Under the pieces are notes generated by a model, which did no database searches, was not told where the DNA came from, and saw only the letters and a program-made list of their open reading frames with translations. A DNA stretch of 64,000 bases from Epithemia pelagica (taxonomy: Eukaryota; Protista; Bacillariophyta). Numbering within the stretch: the stretch's first letter is position 1; the number at the start of each line of letters is the position of its first letter. Both the position numbers and the translations under genes were made by a program. The stretch lies in NCBI GenBank assembly GCA_946965045.2, contig OX337233.1:434001-498000 (forward strand), written 5' to 3'. Below are positions 22,548-33,700 of this stretch, in pieces.

Positions 22548-24707
22548 ATGTCATCTCCTTCTCCAATGGTCCAAATTTCCGTCGTGACGCGGTCGAGTCA
22601 TGGAGAAACCATGGATCCAGTGGTCATGACAACGACTGTGTTGGATTGGACGGGGTACCCCAGCGATGAAGATACGGGCAAGACACCACGGTATGCTCCC
22701 AATCCTAATAATGACATTGGTGACGTGATCCAACGGAATTGGTCGCCACCACACGGTTCGTTGGCCACACAACCACAAACCCACGACGAACGCTTTCCAG
22801 TGGACGAAAATGACAACGACGAAGAAGCACAAGAAGAGGAATTCCCCTTGGATGAACAGGACAAGGACGACGACGACGACGCTACGGATTCCTTTTTGCT
22901 TGTTGGTAAGGAGGAGCAACAGGACTGGACCCAATTGGAGGAAACCATTCGGAAACGAACCCGTCAGCGCCACTACGAAACGTTTCCACCACTCTACCAG
23001 GAACAAGAACCAGAACCAGAACCATGGAACAATCCTGGTTCACCACCATCACTTGACAACACTAGTCTCGTGCCCTATTCGTCGTCCTATAATCGTGGTG
23101 CTGCTGCTGCTTCTGCTTTTTCGGTTTGGGCTCCCACCTTTCTATCGGTCGATATCGTACCGTTGTTGCCAACCACTGATTTGGCATTGGATGACACGGA
23201 CCGTGTGGAGGAGGAAGAGGACCAGCCATCACTTCTCCTACAAGGTCCGTGTTCGTCCCTAGAACCAGAACCATTCGGTACCGGGACCCAACGGCCAACT
23301 GCTCAAACTGGAGCCGAATCGGCTCCGGTTTCCTCCTCCACAACCATGTCGTTGGTGCCGGTGGATCCTTGCGCTCCTCGACCCTACTATTCTTACTACG
23401 ACGACTTGTCCAAGAATGCGGCTGCTTCTAGCAGCCGCGTGGTAGTGCCAGCGGCTCCTCCTCCTCTTCCTCCTCCTTCTATTATTCGTGAGGTGGTTCC
23501 AGCAAGCGCAGCACCGGCGACCACCATCCGACCCGACTCCTCTTCTTGTTGGGGGGACGACGAACCACAACCGAGTCTGGATCGTTGGCACAAAAACAAC
23601 GACCACGACTCGGCCCCCACCAAGGAACGGAATCCTCCACAAGAAACACAACAACAACAACAACAAGATTGCAATCAGTGGGAACCAGCACGACGACAAG
23701 GACAAGGACAAGGACAACCACAAAAACCAGAACAACAACCAATCCTACGACTCCTACCGCCACCACCGACATGGACTCACCCGCACCGGAAAAAACAAGA
23801 GGAGCAACCATCACCACGAAAGAACCGCTCTCGGCTCCTCTCCAAGGCACAACAGTACTTTGCTCACGACGAGGACCTTTGGACGCACATGGTGCGACAA
23901 TGCGTCAAGAAGCAGACGGAATGGTCCATTCTCCAACACCACCACAGGCAAGAGAACAACCACAACCATCCGACCCCAACGACGACCAACCTGAATCGCA
24001 GGAACCACCACAGACAACAAGAACAAGAACATTTAAACGACGACGACGACAACCACAACAACAACACGAAACACATGCTTCCCGGTCCAAACTGTGACAA
24101 CATGGACAACGACAGGGCAGTGTCAGACGACCCCCAAACGACACCGAGCAGCATGGTGGTTCGGCATTGGGCAGAGCAGAGGTTGGTCCAGCCCCTGGTT
24201 CCGCAGGCTTGGCACCACTCTAATAATACACTGGTTAGTGCCTCGGTCCTGGAGGAAGACGACGACAAGAACAACAACCAGTCTCACCCCAACAAGAACA
24301 TTCCCACGACGACGAAACCCAAGGACGATCATGCGCCACAGAGACATGTTCCGCCCATAGCCGTCACAACAACAAGAAACAACCAACACGACACAGTACA
24401 CAACACTCCTGGTCTTTCCAAAATGTCAACCCCCACCAAAACTATTCCCCAACGAAAAGGAGGGTGGTCGTATTGGGCGTCCTCGTCCTCCGATGCCTCG
24501 TCGACCGTCTGTTCGGAATATTCCTCCACGTCCACTGTTTGTTCCGAAACATCCTCGTCCTCGTCGTCCTCAGTATTGACGGTAGACTCTAGGGCTTCGT
24601 CTCGTACGGACGATGCCTTTTCCGTCTTGGACCAGCAGGGAGAGGACCTGGACGATGGATCTGTCTTGTCCGCCTTTGTGGGGTACGACGAGCCAGTACC
24701 CTCCTAA
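22548..24707 (+). CDS. Array gene A9: disordered protein, 719 aa
   Basis: aacATG with TATATA at ~22510; ends DDAFSVL...DDGSVLSAFVG. Confidence 0.8.
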   Translation: MSSPSPMVQISVVTRSSHGETMDPVVMTTTVLDWTGYPSDEDTGKTPRYAPNPNNDIGDVIQRNWSPPHGSLATQPQTHDERFPVDENDNDEEAQEEEFPLDEQDKDDDDDATDSFLLVGKEEQQDWTQLEETIRKRTRQRHYETFPPLYQEQEPEPEPWNNPGSPPSLDNTSLVPYSSSYNRGAAAASAFSVWAPTFLSVDIVPLLPTTDLALDDTDRVEEEEDQPSLLLQGPCSSLEPEPFGTGTQRPTAQTGAESAPVSSSTTMSLVPVDPCAPRPYYSYYDDLSKNAAASSSRVVVPAAPPPLPPPSIIREVVPASAAPATTIRPDSSSCWGDDEPQPSLDRWHKNNDHDSAPTKERNPPQETQQQQQQDCNQWEPARRQGQGQGQPQKPEQQPILRLLPPPPTWTHPHRKKQEEQPSPRKNRSRLLSKAQQYFAHDEDLWTHMVRQCVKKQTEWSILQHHHRQENNHNHPTPTTTNLNRRNHHRQQEQEHLNDDDDNHNNNTKHMLPGPNCDNMDNDRAVSDDPQTTPSSMVVRHWAEQRLVQPLVPQAWHHSNNTLVSASVLEEDDDKNNNQSHPNKNIPTTTKPKDDHAPQRHVPPIAVTTTRNNQHDTVHNTPGLSKMSTPTKTIPQRKGGWSYWASSSSDASSTVCSEYSSTSTVCSETSSSSSSSVLTVDSRASSRTDDAFSVLDQQGEDLDDGSVLSAFVGYDEPVPS

Positions 24708-25489
24708 TAATTCTAAGATGAAGAAGAAGATCATCCGTTCGGACAGTGCGGCATGGGAAACCAACTAGATAGGCGCACAATACACGTACAGACACGTTTG
24801 CTTTCTTCGAACCAAATAGACGTAGAGGGGAACCTTGGTTGGTTTCCATCATTTCTCCTGTCCGATAGACTCTCGCTGTCCAAGACCACTAAGTAGTTTG
24901 CAAATCGACACCTCTAGAGGAGTACTAAAGAAGCTTTCGCCAACCCGGATATGCTTTCAACACCTAGTGTGGGTAGCGTTTACCAACTTGGGGCACTACC
25001 AAATCTTTTTCCAACGGAGCCATCGTATTAAAGCTGGCACGTAATATACTCGTAATACTCCTAGTCAATTATTATCACAACGCACAAATCCGGCCTGCAA
25101 CGAAAACATTTCGGGCGTGCAGCCTGGATGGAATGCGACCGTTTGCACTCGCGGATCGTGTGGAGCAGTCGCACACGAATGCTCGTAGGACTCGAGACTA
25201 GTTGATGGGTAGCTAGAGAACCGTTGGTATCGACAACAAGAATGGACCACAACGTTCTAGAAAGTGGAATGTCACCATCCTCTGAATCGATGGGACCTTG
25301 ATGGGTCTCCATCCTAAAAACCACCTTTTCCTGTATCTCTCATAAAGGACCTTCCTTTGTGAAATCCATCTTTTGCCGTACCTAGTATCACTTTCTCTCT
25401 CATTCACGTTGTCCAAATTCGGAGACTGTGTTCTTGTTAGAGAACCTCATTTTTCTTGGGACGACAAGACTGCACAATTGCCATTCCTC

Positions 25490-28478
25490 ATGTTTCGCTT
25501 CACTACTCCAACGACGATGACGGTGACAAGCCATGAATCCTCCTTGTCGGAACGGCGCAACGAGCGACCTGTGAAGGAGGACAACATGGCTTCCTTCTTT
25601 TCCACCTTGGTGGTCCACAACAAGTCCGTTCCCGCACCCAAAGAAGAAGAAGAAGAAGAAGAAGAAGTACCGAAAAAAGAGTCGTTGCAGTCACCATCCT
25701 TCTTTTCTTCCACCTGGGGAGTGGACAAGAACAAGCCAGTGCCAACGGCATCCGAAAAAACAAAGCAGAAAGAGTCGTCATCCTTCTTTTCCTCCACTTG
25801 TGGAGTCGACCCCAAGCCACCGCAACAAGAAACGCCACGACCACAAGTCACGTCCGACAAGTCGACAGAATCGAACCATGACGACATGACGTCCTACCTG
25901 TCCACATTGGTCCACCAGCAAGTACCCCAAGCCTATGACAGTTTCACCAAGGCCTCACAAAAGCACTATGACCCCATGGTTCAGGAAAGTCAAGGATTGT
26001 GGAACCACCAAAAGACGAGCACCACCACGAATTCCAACGGAACCAACAAGAACGACGACGACAAGAAGGAAAAGAAGGAGGATCTCATGTCGGTCTTGGC
26101 CAATGTCGAAGGACTCATGGACTATGTGGTGGATCTGACCTTGAATATGGAACAGGGCAAGGCCACCAAAGGCTCTACCCCAACAGCAACTAACCGTAGT
26201 CACGCCAAAAATACCCGCAAGACCAAAAATGGGACATCGCCAACGACCAGCAGTCAAGACCTCTTGTTCCAACTCTACTCCATGTTTCAAGAACGCAAAG
26301 AGTTGTTTGGACAAATCATGTCCATTTATCGGGAAAAGTATCACACCAAGAACAACAACAAGAATGGGGCTGACACCCAGAATCAAGCCATGACGAGGAA
26401 CCGGGATCCCCAAGCCACCACCACTACCACCAAGCGCCAGAAGCAGCAGCCACAATCACCACAGGATCGTGCGGATGCCGCATTGCAACAATTCTTCCAA
26501 GCCCTCGAACAAGAAACGAGTCCCGAGTTTTGGAAAGAGGTTCAGACTCGTACCCTGGAACGGCTTCAAGCGTCGCAACCGTCTTCCCACTCGAAAACCA
26601 AGAACAAGAAAACGACGACAACGACGACGAAAGAACAGAAGGACCTCAAGACCCAAACACCACCAACCATTACGCCCACAAGTAATAGCATTCCGAGTGG
26701 CACCGTAAAACAACCCACGACAGCATCCACGACGGAAACGAACGAAAACAAGAACAACAAGTCAGTCAGCAGTTAGTTCTTCTCATCATCGTCATTATCT
26801 CCACCAGCCGCACCAACGATAACGACGGCGAAAGAAAAGAAGGACCTTAAGAAGACACAAACGCCGTCAAGCAGCATCCCCACGAGTAACAGCATCCCGA
26901 GTGGTACCGTAAAACCCCCAACGATGGCATCCAAGACGGTACCGAACCACAGCAGCAGCAGCAGCAGTAACAACAACAACAACATGTCCGTCAGCAGTTG
27001 GTTCTTCTCGTCAACAACATCATCAGCAACCACAACGACGAAAGAAGAAAAGAAGGACCTCAAGAAGACCCAAACACCACCAACCATTACTCCCACGAGT
27101 AATAGCATCCCGAGTGGCACCGTAAAACAACCCACGATGGAATCCACGACGGAAACGAACCAAAACAAGAACAACAGCAAGATCAACGAGACCAAGTCAT
27201 TATCATCATCTCCACCAGCCGTACCAACGACAACGACAAAAGAAGAAAAGAAGGACCAGAAGACCCAAACACCACCAACCGTTACTCCCACGAGGAATAA
27301 CATCCCGAGTGGTACCGTAAAACAACCCACGACGGCAACGACAACGACAACGAAAACGAACCACACTCACAACAGCAAGATCAACGAGACCAAGTCATTA
27401 TCATCATCTCCACCAGCCGCACCAGCGACAACGACGAAAGAAGAAAAGAAGGACCTCAAGACCCAAACACCACCAACCATTACTCCCACGAGTAATAGCA
27501 TCCCGAGTGGTACCGTAAAACAACCCACGACGGCAACCACGACGAAAACGAACCACACTCACAACAGCAAGATCAACGAGACCAAGTCATCGTCATCTCC
27601 ACCAGCCGTACCAGCGACAACGACGAAAGAAGAAAAGAAGGACCTCAAGACCCAAACACCACCAACCATTACTCCCACGAGTAATAGCATCCCGAGTGGT
27701 ACCGTAAAAACAACCCACGACGGCATCCACGACGAAAACGAACCACACTCACAACAGCAAGATCAACGAGACCAAGTCATCGTCATCTCCACCAGCCGCA
27801 CCAGCGACAACGACGAAAGAAGAAAAGAAGGACCTCAAGACCCAAACACCACCAACCATTTCTCCCACGAGTAATAGCATCCCGAGTGGTACCGTAAAAC
27901 AACCCACGACGGCATCCACGACGAAAACGAACCAAAACAAGATCAACAAGAACAACAAGTCCGTCAGCAGTTGGTTCTTGTGGTCGTCGTCGTCGTCGTC
28001 GTCGTCTTTCACGACCCCAGCACCTGCAGTGCCAACCAAGAACTCCAAGGTTACAGTCGAACCCGCATCTATTATCCACCCAACCAAGACGACGACGACG
28101 ACGACCACCACCACCACCACAAGTCGTGACACCAAGGACTCGACAGAACCAAACGAGAAAACCACCACCAGTACAAATACGCCGTTCTTGAGCTGGTTCT
28201 TTTCCTCTCAGACACCAACCACACCAACCACACCACCATCCACCAGTTCGACAACGACGGGTTCGGAAAACTCCTCCGTCTCGTCGTCGTCGCACGAGTC
28301 AGAGGATAGCGACGATGCCGCCTTTGTGGCGTCCTCTCCCCAACAACAACGATTGCGAATGACGTTGGACGACTATGACGATGAAGACTATGTCTTTGAC
28401 ACCTTTTTTCAAGCGTTTGTTGGAGAACAAGATGAGGCCGTGCCACACTTTTCCTTTCTGGATGATGATACCGAGTAA
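25490..28478 (+). pseudogene. Array gene A10: ~995-codon gene with an internal tandem repeat, broken by TAG (26774) and a +1 A (27706-27710)
   Basis: ORFs 25373-26776 and 26924-27874 share a frame; the TAG sits where sister repeats have TGG (26999, 27972); unit 6 has gtAAAAAc vs gtAAAAc in the others, which shifts the frame into ORF 27978-28478. Confidence 0.75.
26630..27980 (+). repeat. Seven ~190-210-bp coding tandem repeats (KEEKKDLKTQTPPTITPTSNSIPSGTVKQPT...)
   Basis: Units start at 26630, 26831, 27041, 27239, 27437, 27626 and 27816. Confidence 0.92.
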
Positions 28479-28587
28479 ACAAAAACAAACCAGTACGATC
28501 GTTTTTCGTGATATTCAATGAATTAGTTTCAAATACACAATACCTACCTAGTTTCTCCATACTCCTATGTTTCTACGAACCCTTCTT

Positions 28588-28746
28588 TGTCTTATTCGGG
28601 TCGTGGGAACAAAACCCGGATATGGGAAATCTTTGGGGGTTTTACCGTTTACATGGTTACTATTTTGGGGATCCTTACATTAGTGGTTTAGCCCTATAAT
28701 ATCTTTTAATTTGCACGTTGAATAAGGTATCGACTGGAACAAGACA
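28588..28746 (+). repeat. 5' LTR (159 bp)
   Basis: TGTCTTATTCGGG...GGAACAAGACA, matches 34879-35037. Confidence 0.97.
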
Positions 28747-28761
28747 GTTTATCAGACCCAC
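28747..28761 (+). other. Primer-binding site, complementary to a tRNA anticodon arm (half-tRNA type)
   Basis: GTTTATCAGACCCAC immediately follows the LTR; its reverse complement G-TGGGT-CT-GAT-AA-AC fits tRNA positions 26-40. Confidence 0.6.
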
Positions 28762-28802
28762 TGCGGTATTGAGAGGAAGTAAACGAAGTGAACTACAGGA
28801 AT

Positions 28803-30692
28803 ATGGTAACGAATACTAGAGCTACGACGAAGAATCCACCGGAAACAAGCCCCGAAGGGCAAGGAACGGGAACCGCTGTCCCAGCGGGGGGAGCCAGTAC
28901 GGATACGGGTAGTAGAAAGATGCCCGCGAGGAAAACAGGAACGGAACGGAACCCCAGTGGTGGTGGCACTGGTGGAAGTACTGGCGGCTCTAGTAATAGA
29001 GCCGGGAGTTCAAGTAGTGGAACAAGAGGAACAAGAAGCGCGTCGACACGGGGCGAAACCGCTGGAGGTGCACCCGCTGGCGGCGGAGACGGAGGAGACG
29101 GCGGCGCTGGAGGAGGCGGTGGTGGTGGTGGACACGGCGATGATGGCGATGGTGGTGCACCACCTCCCCCGATACCGCACCCGCCTGCAGGACCACCACC
29201 CGCGCTTTCGCAAGTCGGGCTGGTATTGACCGTGTGCGGGGCAAACGCAAACGAAATTCAAGTACTAGAAAACATAGAACGTCTTAATTCGTTACACGCC
29301 TTCGGACGAATGAGTAAGGATGATGTCACGTCCTTAGCTTCAAGGTTGGAGAAACGCCCTGAACCGAACAATATAAGCCTTCCAACAAGCGTCGTAAAGA
29401 ATCTTCAAGGGCTGTGTTTTTGGGCTTCCAAGGCCCGTAGACAGAGGCGTGACATCACTGCTGCCGACTTCGACCAAGTGGTACTCTCGGATGCCCTCGA
29501 CGAGATGGAAATTAAAGCAGAAACTGACAAGGCACCGGAAATTAAGCCCGAAATCCTCAAGGAAGAGATCTGGGAAGATTGGTCTCGCGAATTCCCTACC
29601 TATTTGTCCCACATAATTGGGAAGCAACAAGCCCCACTCGACTATGTAATTAGGCCTGAAATTCAACCTGGACACGTCTTTCAAACTCTCCGAGAGCAAG
29701 AATTGTACACTTACCCTCTGACTGGACCATTCTTTCACGAAGACAACAAGGCAGTGTACCGGTTGCTTAGTGACCGTGTACGCGACCAACCCGCAACGTG
29801 GATTCAACCCTACCAGGCATCCCAGAACGGTCGAGCGGCATGGTTAGCCTTGGTAGCACACTACGATGGCGGCGGCCAGAAAGAGAAACGTATCAACAAG
29901 GCTGAAGCTATCCTTAGTTCCGTATTTTATCATAACGAGAGAGCGTTTAGCTTCGACGCTTATTCTACCAAGCTTCTACGTGCATTCCGCACGCTCGAAG
30001 AGACACCTAATCGACGCTCGAATGCAAATCAGGTCAAGATCTTGCTGGACAACATCCGAATTGCAACGGCCGAGTTTGCCGTCATAAAAAGCACCGTGCG
30101 AAGCAACTACAGGTCTAATTTAGATGACGCCATCGCCTATATCTCGCGTGAAGTCTCGGAACTGTACCCGAATGTCATCGGAGGCAGTGGCACACGTCCG
30201 GGCACTCGGCACCGGTTTATTTCGGAAACACACACGGGCGAACAGTCACCCGCTTCCCGTCCACGGAATTTTGCGGGTCTCCAACAGCACAACGGTATTT
30301 TCACCTTTTACGGCGTTGACGTCACGGACGTCAGCCGCCGATTCACTTCCCAGGAGATGGCCACTCTTGGGCCCGCCGGACAGGCGTACATTCATCAGGA
30401 ACGAGCTCGGCTCCGCAGCTCAGGTGCTCGTGGCGGCCGTGGTGGTGGCCGCGGCCGTGGCTACGGGCGGGGACGTGGTGATTGGGGGCGCGGTTCTGCT
30501 GCCAGTGGACGCGGCATCGGCAATGTCGACGTGAATGAGAATAATGAGCCACCATCGGTCATCACAGACCCGTCTGTCGGCGGAGGTACCAATGGACATG
30601 CCGCTGGTAGTGCGGCGGGAACCGAGAATCCCGGTAGCAACGACCGTGGCAGCACCAACGGACGCAGATTCGGAGCCGGCGCATACGAGTGA
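28803..30692 (+). CDS. gag: Gag, 629 aa
   Basis: ATG 56 nt after the LTR; copia gag-like core (PLDYVIR...DNKAVY...NGRAAWLALVAHYDG); G-rich N-terminus and RGG-rich C-terminus; ends in TGA. Confidence 0.9.
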   Translation: MVTNTRATTKNPPETSPEGQGTGTAVPAGGASTDTGSRKMPARKTGTERNPSGGGTGGSTGGSSNRAGSSSSGTRGTRSASTRGETAGGAPAGGGDGGDGGAGGGGGGGGHGDDGDGGAPPPPIPHPPAGPPPALSQVGLVLTVCGANANEIQVLENIERLNSLHAFGRMSKDDVTSLASRLEKRPEPNNISLPTSVVKNLQGLCFWASKARRQRRDITAADFDQVVLSDALDEMEIKAETDKAPEIKPEILKEEIWEDWSREFPTYLSHIIGKQQAPLDYVIRPEIQPGHVFQTLREQELYTYPLTGPFFHEDNKAVYRLLSDRVRDQPATWIQPYQASQNGRAAWLALVAHYDGGGQKEKRINKAEAILSSVFYHNERAFSFDAYSTKLLRAFRTLEETPNRRSNANQVKILLDNIRIATAEFAVIKSTVRSNYRSNLDDAIAYISREVSELYPNVIGGSGTRPGTRHRFISETHTGEQSPASRPRNFAGLQQHNGIFTFYGVDVTDVSRRFTSQEMATLGPAGQAYIHQERARLRSSGARGGRGGGRGRGYGRGRGDWGRGSAASGRGIGNVDVNENNEPPSVITDPSVGGGTNGHAAGSAAGTENPGSNDRGSTNGRRFGAGAYE

Positions 30693-30742
30693 CGCCAGGC
30701 ATCAGTGGTTACTTGTGGGGCCAGGCGTGAGGTGACCACTGA
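30690..30742 (+). promoter_or_regulatory. Candidate stop-codon readthrough signal: UGA-C, 9-nt spacer, 11-bp stem
   Basis: TGA 30690-30692; TCAGTGGTTAC (30702-30712) pairs with GTGACCACTGA (30732-30742) with one G-U. Confidence 0.6.
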
Positions 30743-33700
30743 CAAGACGGTGGATTGTAGCATAGGAAACATGGGAATCAGCACTGGGAATGGGAATGAT
30801 GTTGCATGCAACGAAATGGATACGATGGCAGACACCTCCTGCGCTGGTGTCAATTGGACACTCATGGAAACAACAGGAATGGAATGCAAGGTTAGTGACT
30901 TTATGGGACAACAGGTAGGAGGTCAATACGTACCGATAGCGACATGTGCCACATGCATCCGAGAGAAAAGTACAGGAGTAGAATACATCTTAATCGGCCA
31001 CCAAATGTTGTGGTTTGGTAGCGCACTAAAGAAGACTCTCTTGAATCAAAATCAAATTCGGTATTGTGGGCATGTGGTTCGCGATGACCCCACAAGGAAG
31101 GAGGACGAAGGATTTGGCATCACGGCCGACGGGTTATATATCCCCTTCGAGATACAGGGGACGACTATTTACTTTGAGTCCCGCGCGCCTACCAAGCATG
31201 AAATTGAGACTTTACCTGCGGTGACTTTGACGCGTCAAGAGTTATGGGACCCAAAAAGTGTGGATTTGAGCTTACACAATCGTAGCCCGCTAGATGATGC
31301 ACGTGAAGAGATCTCACTCGAAATTGGCGCGGTCTCTAGCGCATGCGATCCTGTGGCCGTGGGGCAGCGACTCGACAGTCTCAGATCGGTCGGCGGTCTC
31401 GGCTCGGACCGTCACTCGACCGTTTCACCGGAAAATCTCAGCAAGAAATGGAAGATTGGGTTGGAAACCGCGCGGAAAACCCTCCGCGTCACCACCCAAC
31501 AGGGTATCCGGACAGCTGTCACGCCTATAACGCGACGATATCGTGTTGACAACTTGGCATTGCATCGGAATAGATTGAATAGTCGGTTCTATACGGATAC
31601 GCTTTTCGCTCGGACGACATCACTTTCGGGACACAAATGTGCGCAAGTATTCACGGACGGACAGTACACGGCCGTTTACCCACTCGCTTCCAAGGCACAT
31701 GTCGGCCAGGCATTGGCCCGTTTTATTGATGAAGTTGGGGTTCCGGATGGTCTGACGGCGGATTTGGCCGGCGAGCAAACCGGGGCCGCCACGCAGTTCA
31801 CGAAATTAAGCCGTTTCCATCGAATTGACCTCAAATGGGCCGAAAAGGGCACGAGTAAGCAGAACCATCGTGCCGAGCGAGAGATCGGGCTCCTCAAACA
31901 ACGATGGCATCGCCGCATGGTTGATTGTCGGGTTCCTCGTCGTCTGTGGGATTATGGGTTGGTTCATGAGTCGGGTGTACTTAGTCGCGTCGCCCGGGGA
32001 CATGACAGCCGTAGCGGCATAGAACGACTTACAGGCGAGACACCCGACATCTCGGAGTGGATCGATTTCCAGTTTTTCGATATTGTCTGGTATCATGACA
32101 ACACCAAAGCCGATACGTCGGATGAACATCGTCATCTTGGGTTCTGGCTGGGGATAGCGCATCGAATTGGCAGCGACCTTTGTTATTGGATTCTCACTAA
32201 AGCAGGAAAAGTGTTGGCAAGGACAACCGTGCAACATGTGACGGAGCAGGAACAGGCGGAACCAGCCATCACGGCAAAGATTCAAGAGTTCCGGTTGATT
32301 GTTGAGCAGCGCCTCGACGATACGAATTTTGTGGATTGGGAGAGCAAGGGACCAGGATTTTTGGAGGACGTAGAGGAACCGGTCGAGGACGACACTCAAG
32401 TAAAAGGTGTAATTCCGACGGATGAAGAATACGGGAAGATGATCCAGGAACCGAAGCCAGAAGCGGACGACCTTGGCGAGGAGTATGACAATTACTTGGG
32501 GGCGCAAATCCAGTTAGACGTTGGCGGTGAAACGTTGCTCGGGACGGTAGTGAAGAGGAAGAAAGGGTTAGATGGCAAACCAATCGGAACGAGGCACAAG
32601 AATCCACTCTTTGACAGTAGAGCTTACGATGTGAGTTTCCCTGGAGGTGTCATCCAGGAATACACCGCCAATGTCATTGCAGAGTCGCTGTATTCGCAGC
32701 TGGATGATCAAGGTCGACAGTTCGCAATCATGAGCGAGATCATTGGGCACAGGAAAAACGGGGACGCCGTTGGGAAGGACGACGGTTTCATAGTGTCCAA
32801 GAATGGGAACAAGGTACCAAGAAGAACAACGAAAGGGTGGGAAATTGCGATTGAATGGAAGGATGGGAGTCAGTCATGGATACCGCTTCGGGAAGCAAAG
32901 GACGGATACCCCATAGAGTTAGCAGAATATATAGTCGCACAAGGGTTAGAGCAGGAACCGGCATTCCACTGGTGGGTGCCACGTGTCATGAATCACAAGC
33001 GAAGGATCATAAACAAGGTCGTTGGGAAAAAGAAGAAGCAGAAAAAGTATTGGAAACTGACACACAAGTATGGGGTGCGACTGCCACATTCCGTGGAAGA
33101 GGCGTTACAGTTTGACAAAGAGACGGGGACGACGTTCTGGCGGGACGCGATCGCGAAGGAACTAGGAGTCGTGAAGGTGGCCTGGGAGGCTCGCGACGAT
33201 CTTGTGCTTGCGGAGGTGCGAGCAGGGCGACAGCTAATAGGGTACACGGAAATCAAGTGCCACATGGTTTTCGATGTGAAGATGGATCTGACGAGAAAAG
33301 CCAGATTGGTGGCTGGTGGGCACATGACAGATGCCCCATCAAGTCTTACTTATTCGAGCGTTGTGAGTCGCGATTCAATTCGGATAGCGTTTCTAATCGC
33401 AGCCTTGAATGACCTAGACGTACTGGCTTGTGACATTGGAAATGCCTACCTTAATGCGCCATGTCGCGAGAAGATTTGGTTCCTAGGTGGAGCGGAAGTG
33501 GGTTCAGAGTTTCAAGGGAAGGTGTGCGTGATGACAAGAGCGCTTTACGGGCTAAAATCCTCGGGAGCCAGTTGGCGAGCGACGCTGGTGAGCACTCTCT
33601 ATGACATGGGATATGTTGATACCAAGGCGGATCCATGTGTCCTACGACGGGAACGAAAGCGTGACAATGGGGAACCGTACTATGAGCTGATTTTAGTTTA

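Noticed and set aside
26630-27980. CRISPR-like or non-coding repeat array
   Set aside because: Units are ~200 bp, contiguous and in coding frame with no unique spacers; the context is eukaryotic and there are no cas genes.
28803-30692. CCHC zinc knuckle in Gag
   Set aside because: Not present; an RGG-rich tract occupies the nucleocapsid position.
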